Assembly (NCBI RefSeq): GCF_000092465.1
Contig: NC_014205.1
Span: forward strand, 360,001-392,000
Length of the DNA stretch: 32,000 nucleotides
Direction of reading: 5' to 3'
DNA from: Staphylothermus hellenicus DSM 12710
Lineage (GTDB): Archaea > Thermoproteota > Thermoprotei_A > Sulfolobales > Desulfurococcaceae
Position numbers and translations under genes: made by a program. Shown here one piece after another: positions 26,984 through 32,000 of this stretch. The notes under the pieces are model-generated. The model did not search any database. It was given only the letters and a program-made list of their open reading frames with translations, and was not told the origin of the DNA. Every line of letters begins with the position of its first letter. Position 1 is the stretch's first letter.

Positions 26984-27994
26984 GTGGAATACAGTCTTAG
27001 CATGATAGTCGATCTAGTTTTAGAGGTGCATCTATTATTGGAGGTTATAGGTGTAGATACTAGGATAGCTGAGAGAATGGCTCGAATTCTTTCAAAGATG
27101 AAGGATAGATTAGAGACTTTGAATTTATTTGATGAAAGATTCTATCCATCTAGAAGGGATGATAGAGAAAATGTTCTTAGATACTTTATTGTAATGGTTG
27201 CAATGGATCACAGGCTTAGTAGATTTGGTAAACCCTATGAGGCATGCTTACCAAATGATGATTGTTATCATGGAGCAGACCTACTGTATAGGCTTGGAAA
27301 AATAAAATACGATAATGATCCAGGCTTTTTCTCTCCGGAAAACCTCTCTAAAATCACTATTGATGATGTGAAGAAATGGCTAAGCATTGGAGACGCTGAA
27401 CCACCTGATCCGGATATTAGGGCTTTTCTCCTAAGAGATCTGGGTGTGAAATTGTTGAAGCTATACAATGGCAGTGTGGAGGAGTTATTAGATAGAAGCA
27501 ATAATTTGATCCATGGAACAATTAATGAACCAGGCTTAGTGGATAATCTAAGAGTGTTTAGAGCATATGAAGACCCTGTTGAGAAGAAGCCTCTTCTCTT
27601 CGCAAAATTCATTATTGCAAGGGGACTATTTAGTCCTAGAGATAGGCTTGATCCTATAATTGATAACCACTTATCTAGAATAGCTTATAGGATAGGATTA
27701 GTAATGGTTTCCGGTAACCTGTGGAATAAGATCAGGAGGGGAGTAGAGGTTGATAGGGAAGAAGATATATTGTTGAGGCTAAATATTCGTAGAGCTTATC
27801 GTATCGTAGCCTTGAAGTCCGGAATAGATCCTGGAGTAATAGATGATTATCTATGGATTATGGGGAGGAAGATTTGTTTAAGAGATAAGCCTCCCCTATG
27901 CGATCAATGCTTGTTTAAACAAATATGTATGGCTAGAAAGAACAGTAATTTCATGGTAAAGGAACACATATATTATAATACATGGTACTATTGA
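26984..27994 (+). CDS. N-glycosidase-like protein: QNG1/DUF2419-like core with endonuclease III-type 4Fe-4S cluster loop
   Basis: [16 protein letters not shown] resembles both VDTHxxRVxxRLGL of Nth and FADYRLPQVL of QNG1. [29 protein letters not shown] is an Nth-like C-x7-C-x2-C-x5-C loop. The terminal ...YY is as in QNG1. No LPGVG HhH hairpin seen. GTG 26984, or ATG 27002. Confidence 0.55.
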   Translation: [336 protein letters not shown]

Positions 27995-28004
27995 GAAATT
28001 ATAG

Positions 28005-28367
28005 GTGAAGGATGAAAGAATGGAGGAGAAAAAGCCAAGCCTTAAAGACATATTAAAACTGCCTAAGCTTGAACGACTTGTAATGGATTATTTCCTGAAA
28101 CATATTAGTGTTGGAGAAATAATAGCTATTATTGAGTTAAGAGAAGAGGTTAAGAGGCTTAGAGATCCCGATCTTGTCCCTGAATTCGATGACGTAATTA
28201 TAGAGCTCGAGATTGGAAGAGCTATTAATAAGTTGTTACGCAACAACTTCTTAGAGTATAGGAGTGGATGCTATAATTTAGCGCCTCATCTAAGGGAGGA
28301 GTTGAAGAAGAAGCTTGGAGAACTAAGACCTGGTTTCCCAAAGCATCTTGAAGAGCTTATTAGCTAG
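28005..28367 (+). CDS. small hypothetical protein, possibly winged-helix
   Basis: Starts 10 nt after the preceding gene, so likely co-transcribed. GTG 28005, or ATG 28020. Confidence 0.45.
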   Translation: MKDERMEEKKPSLKDILKLPKLERLVMDYFLKHISVGEIIAIIELREEVKRLRDPDLVPEFDDVIIELEIGRAINKLLRNNFLEYRSGCYNLAPHLREELKKKLGELRPGFPKHLEELIS

Positions 28368-29242
28368 TATACAGGCTTATAAGCAATATAACCTTGTGCT
28401 TTAACCCTATATACTACTGGGTGAAACCCTGCTAAGCGAAGTCTTTCACCTATGCCTTTAACAATGCTTGGACTACCGTGTCTCCGAGGCTCTCCTGTGT
28501 AGTGATAAAATATTCCTCCAGGCTTAAGTACTCTGTAAAATTCCTTGTAGAGATTTAACCCGTATAAATCCCCTGTTCTCGTGGAAAATCTTGGGGGGTC
28601 ATGTATTATTTTATCAAAATAGTTCTCATCAAAATACTGGATAACATCAATTATGTTGCCCCGTATAATTTTTATTCCATTATTTGATAATCCATGGCTC
28701 CAAGGATTATGTTCTGCTACCCATATAATATTAGGATCGATCTCTACTGTATAGATTGTTCGAGCACCCCGTAGATATGAATGTATAGCTGTGTATCCGA
28801 GACCCATACAAGTATCTAATACTCTGTCTCCTCTTCTCACTTTAGCAGTTCTAGTTTTTATCCTTGAATCACTCCATGGATCAATCCCTATTATTCTATG
28901 CATGTGTATGCCATTAATTTCAACTGTGGGTGCTTTATCTATACCAGTGGTTTTCAATTTATAATAGTTTCCATCGTCTCTCCTAACAACTTCATATATT
29001 TCCCCATTGTCTCTCCTATATACCACTACTCTATCAGGTTCAGAAGGGGTTACTTCTTCCAAATAGATCTTGTGTCCATTTATTATTAGAAAACCATCAT
29101 AGACTCTGATCTCGTCCCATGTAAGTCCTAGATCAAAAGTTGCTTCAACTATACCTCGACTACGCCATAATAAGTCTATGAGAGGCTTGGTGAACCAATA
29201 AGCTTTAACAGGTTTGAACATGCATTCTTCCATATTCTTCAT
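28364..29242 (-). CDS. class I SAM-dependent methyltransferase (archaeal COG2521-like) with N-terminal ~130-aa extra domain
   Basis: SAM motif VLDTCMGLGYTAI, motif IV-like HDPPRF, and LKPGGIFYHY. Confidence 0.7.
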   Translation of the reverse strand: MKNMEECMFKPVKAYWFTKPLIDLLWRSRGIVEATFDLGLTWDEIRVYDGFLIINGHKIYLEEVTPSEPDRVVVYRRDNGEIYEVVRRDDGNYYKLKTTGIDKAPTVEINGIHMHRIIGIDPWSDSRIKTRTAKVRRGDRVLDTCMGLGYTAIHSYLRGARTIYTVEIDPNIIWVAEHNPWSHGLSNNGIKIIRGNIIDVIQYFDENYFDKIIHDPPRFSTRTGDLYGLNLYKEFYRVLKPGGIFYHYTGEPRRHGSPSIVKGIGERLRLAGFHPVVYRVKAQGYIAYKPVY

Positions 29243-29244
29243 AT

Positions 29245-29655
29245 TTACTCCTTCGTTATCTCCTCTATTTTATTAATACTCTGTAATGGTATATATCTGA
29301 CACTACACCCCATTGATCTAAGTTTTCTGTCTAGTTCAGCTATTCTACCACTATAACCACTAACAAAGAATATTTCTATACATTTACCCTCATAATGTGT
29401 ATGATTATAGCTTTGAATAATATCTTTGAATTTATCGATCACTATACTAGGTGAGACGTTTTTCTCTTTTTTAACAACTATTATGAAACCAGTGCATTTA
29501 TGTGGAATCATGTAGTGGAGATGATCGTGTAGATATGTTCTTAGAGCTTCTGCAACAATACTTGAGCGATCAGAGCCTGTCAGCTCCGCAAGCTTATCCA
29601 GTGCATCAGCTATATCCGATGGTATTGATACCCCGAATCTTCTCTTACTGCTCAT
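29245..29655 (-). CDS. nikR: NikR-family metal-responsive regulator (ribbon-helix-helix plus ACT-like metal-binding domain)
   Basis: N-terminal RHH RFGVSIPSDIADALDKLAELTGSDRSSIVAEALRTYL. C-domain NHTHYEGKC is an HxH-x4-C motif close to the NikR high-affinity site, plus an upstream HKC. Overlaps the permease gene by 4 nt. Confidence 0.75.
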   Translation of the reverse strand: MSSKRRFGVSIPSDIADALDKLAELTGSDRSSIVAEALRTYLHDHLHYMIPHKCTGFIIVVKKEKNVSPSIVIDKFKDIIQSYNHTHYEGKCIEIFFVSGYSGRIAELDRKLRSMGCSVRYIPLQSINKIEEITKE

Positions 29656-30515
29656 CTCCTACCGCCTATTAAGGCTACCAAGTAATATATTAACAGTATT
29701 AAGCCGGTTAAACCTGACGGTGCTAGATCAAATATTATGCCCAGATGTAAACCTATCAAGGAAGCCGTTAAAGCTGTTAATACACTTATCTTAAGAGCTT
29801 GGTTAGCGCTTCTAGCAGATGATAAAGCAATACTTGCCGGTAAAAGTATTAATACATGTTCTAAAATATAACCTACCATTCTAAGTAATCCAATAGCTGT
29901 TAATCCTAGTAATGTAAAAACAACTAGATCATAGATCTTCACATTTATTCCAGCTAAATATGCTGATTCACGATTTACCCCAATAGATAATTGCTCCCTA
30001 TATGTTAATATAATGAGTAATCCAACTATAGCCGCAATTGTTAGAGCAACGAGTGCGTCAGAAAAACTTGTAAGCAATGGATCGCCTAGAATAAGCGCTG
30101 TAAGATCAAATTCTATGGGATAATTAACTAATACGTAATAAGCAAAAATAACGCTGCCAGCAGCAGCGAATCCTACGAAAACAGCTGTCGCTATATCTGT
30201 ATTTATTCCTTTATAGATGCTGTAGCCGACAATGTATATGAGCAGTAAACCTATAATAATAGATAAGATGAACTGTGCACCACTAAATAAGTAGTATGCG
30301 AGAGGAATAGATAAGACGACAGCGAATAATGCTGCGTGCGGCGATGCCCCCGCTAAGAAATATAGTTTCCTAACAGATACGATATTACTCATAAATCCAT
30401 AAGCTATTCCTGCAGAAACCATTACTATAACCCATACAGGATTATAAACAATGGATAAAAGAATCCCGTATAGTATAATTAATATTATTAATACAATGTA
30501 TAGTTTATCCTTCAT
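29652..30515 (-). CDS. ABC-3 family metal (Zn/Mn/Fe) transporter permease (ZnuB/TroCD-like)
   Basis: ~8 TM helices and 287 aa. Operon position between the SBP gene and the regulator gene. Confidence 0.75.
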   Translation of the reverse strand: MKDKLYIVLIILIILYGILLSIVYNPVWVIVMVSAGIAYGFMSNIVSVRKLYFLAGASPHAALFAVVLSIPLAYYLFSGAQFILSIIIGLLLIYIVGYSIYKGINTDIATAVFVGFAAAGSVIFAYYVLVNYPIEFDLTALILGDPLLTSFSDALVALTIAAIVGLLIILTYREQLSIGVNRESAYLAGINVKIYDLVVFTLLGLTAIGLLRMVGYILEHVLILLPASIALSSARSANQALKISVLTALTASLIGLHLGIIFDLAPSGLTGLILLIYYLVALIGGRR

Positions 30516-31576
30516 TATGGATTCCTCCTAATTATTTCATAAATAGTTAGAGCAGCTATAATTGAGCCTATTATGAATAGAACCAAGTCATAATAATATT
30601 TAGACAAGAAAATATTTGTTCCAGCTATACTGCCGGACGAAGTATTACTGCTTATATTAATATTAATAAACGATTTATTCTCGGATAAACCAATTACTTC
30701 TTTACTTATAACAGCTAGTTTAGCTGGAATAGGTTGTTGTGTGAGGGGTGAGGGCACATGTATTATGGGGATAGAGTATTTATTCGCTAGTTCGAGTAGT
30801 TTCTTCGATGCTTGCGATACAGCTGGCTCTGTTACTATTGCTGCTTGTATCGTCTTGTTTTTTATGCCGTTTTCAACATTTATGAGGTCTTGAGGAGTCA
30901 TTTGTACACCGTGCTCTTTTATCAGGAGATATCTAATATCGATCCCGAGCCATTCAACCGAATAAACAGTTACAGGAGTATCTGCTACACCAACAATGTT
31001 TAACTGAGGGGTTTCAGCAATAATACTTGATACATTTTTAATTATTTCCTTTGCCTTATTCAAATAATATGTTTTATACTCTGGATTTAGCTCGCCCATT
31101 TTTTGTGCAACATATTTTATGAATACAATATAATTGAATGGATCATAGATGATCATGTGATAACTAGGCATATGGGTGGCTGGGTTTTCACGAATAATTA
31201 TTCCTGGAATATACGGTATTTCTACTAAGACTCCTTTAAGTTTCCCCTCAACATAGAGGTCATGTATTCTCTTCTCAAATGGTGCATGTGCAAGAGATAT
31301 TATTATATCTGCTTTCTCAAGATCCTCCACGTTTTTAGGCGTTAAACTATATTCATGGGGATCTATTCCCTGCGGAGCTACGGATACTACTTGGTCATTG
31401 TCAGCAGTTAATTGTTTAATATCGCTGATAAGATTAGGGAATGATACCACTATGAATAATCCTTTTACAGTATTAATGCTGTGGATGTTGATGCTATAGA
31501 CTGGTATGGTATTGAATAGTAAAGCTGTTGTAATTAATAGTATGGCGATGTATGCTTGCAATAGCTGTATCTTCAT
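30515..31576 (-). CDS. metal-binding substrate-binding protein, ZnuA/TroA (cluster A-I) type, with C-terminal membrane anchor
   Basis: Signal-peptide-like N-terminus. GIDPHEYSLTP is the DPHxY metal-site motif. Ser/Asn-rich linker with N-x-S/T sequons, then a C-terminal TM helix (archaeal-style anchoring). Confidence 0.75.
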   Translation of the reverse strand: MKIQLLQAYIAILLITTALLFNTIPVYSINIHSINTVKGLFIVVSFPNLISDIKQLTADNDQVVSVAPQGIDPHEYSLTPKNVEDLEKADIIISLAHAPFEKRIHDLYVEGKLKGVLVEIPYIPGIIIRENPATHMPSYHMIIYDPFNYIVFIKYVAQKMGELNPEYKTYYLNKAKEIIKNVSSIIAETPQLNIVGVADTPVTVYSVEWLGIDIRYLLIKEHGVQMTPQDLINVENGIKNKTIQAAIVTEPAVSQASKKLLELANKYSIPIIHVPSPLTQQPIPAKLAVISKEVIGLSENKSFININISSNTSSGSIAGTNIFLSKYYYDLVLFIIGSIIAALTIYEIIRRNP

Positions 31577-31601
31577 CGTAAAACACCCTTTATTACTAAA
31601 G

Positions 31602-31642
31602 TGTGCACAGAAATATATATTTATCCCTCATGACTGTGCATA
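31602..31642. promoter_or_regulatory. two copies of CTGTGCA(C/T)A flanking the shared TATA-like region of the divergent metal-uptake promoter (candidate NikR-family operator)
   Basis: TGTGCACA (31602-31609, perfect palindrome) and CTGTGCATA (31634-31642), ~32 bp centre to centre, bracket AAATATATATTTAT (31611-31624). Confidence 0.4.
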
Positions 31643-31646
31643 AAAA

Positions 31647-32000
31647 ATGGGGAGAAAAATGGTGAGCATTACAGTAGAAAACCTAACAGCTGGATATGGC
31701 AAATATATTGTGCTAAAAAACCTATCATTTAAACATGAAGGACCTGGATTGATACAAGTGCTGGGACCCAATGGTGCTGGTAAAACAACACTACTTAGAA
31801 CAATTCTGGGATTAATTAAGCCTATGGAAGGGAGGATAACTATAAATGGCGAGGATGTGACAGGGAATCCGAGTAGAGTCGGGAAATATGTTGGATACGT
31901 TCCTCAAACAACCGGGTTATCGGAGCCGGATTATCCATTAACAGTTATGGAGCTTATAGAGTGTTGCTATGTATTAAGAAAGCCTTGGCCAAGAATGCTT
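31647..32000 (+). CDS. ABC transporter ATP-binding protein (ZnuC/TroB-like), 3'-truncated by window end
   Basis: My translation is [20 protein letters not shown]...[17 protein letters not shown] (Walker A). It is open to the window end. Alternative ATG at 31659. Confidence 0.8.
   Translation, partial: MGRKMVSITVENLTAGYGKYIVLKNLSFKHEGPGLIQVLGPNGAGKTTLLRTILGLIKPMEGRITINGEDVTGNPSRVGKYVGYVPQTTGLSEPDYPLTVMELIECCYVLRKPWPRML

Noticed and set aside
1-32000. Scan for CRISPR arrays, tandem repeats, IS elements, rRNA genes and inteins
   Set aside because: No regularly spaced direct repeats, no terminal inverted repeats with a transposase, no rRNA-like GC-rich blocks beyond the tRNA and the two small islands, and no intein-like insertions in conserved proteins were seen.

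Overview
AT-rich, densely packed archaeal chromosome segment. Stable RNAs stand out as GC-rich islands, the tRNA has no encoded CCA, and TATA-like boxes and GGTGA Shine-Dalgarno motifs precede genes. Archaeal-type proteins are present (single-module ZPR1-like zinc finger, TtuA/Ncs6-type tRNA thiolase, NOL1/NOP2/Sun methyltransferase). By inference this is a hyperthermophilic crenarchaeon, Desulfurococcales-like. I can support about 38 protein genes, 1 tRNA (Arg-CCG) and 2 candidate small structured RNAs. Content is mostly housekeeping and salvage: zinc-lid adenylate kinase, two convergent PP-loop enzymes, a CitG-like protein, an M29 aminopeptidase, an ECF transporter with a QueT-type S component, 6-phospho-3-hexuloisomerase, a radical SAM protein, a divergent adenine deaminase / MTA-SAH-type deaminase pair, SufS, an m5C methyltransferase, and a ZnuABC/TroA-type metal uptake locus carrying a NikR-family regulator. 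I see no CRISPR array, transposase, integrase or recognisable defence genes. Items worth follow-up: (1) the TtuA-type gene has its N-terminal zinc finger encoded upstream of the first ATG, with only an SD-positioned ATT as a possible start; (2) an unlisted 56-aa basic Cren7/Sul7-like gene with strong expression signals; (3) a protein combining QNG1/DUF2419-like motifs with an endonuclease-III-type 4Fe-4S cluster loop but no HhH hairpin; (4) an H/ACA-like hairpin and a second G-rich RNA-like island; (5) a leaderless PA14-domain protein; (6) a PAPS-reductase-like PP-loop enzyme with an unknown 240-aa N-domain; (7) a repeated palindromic motif flanking the TATA region of the metal-uptake promoter. 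All functional calls rest on motif recognition by eye. No database search was possible.
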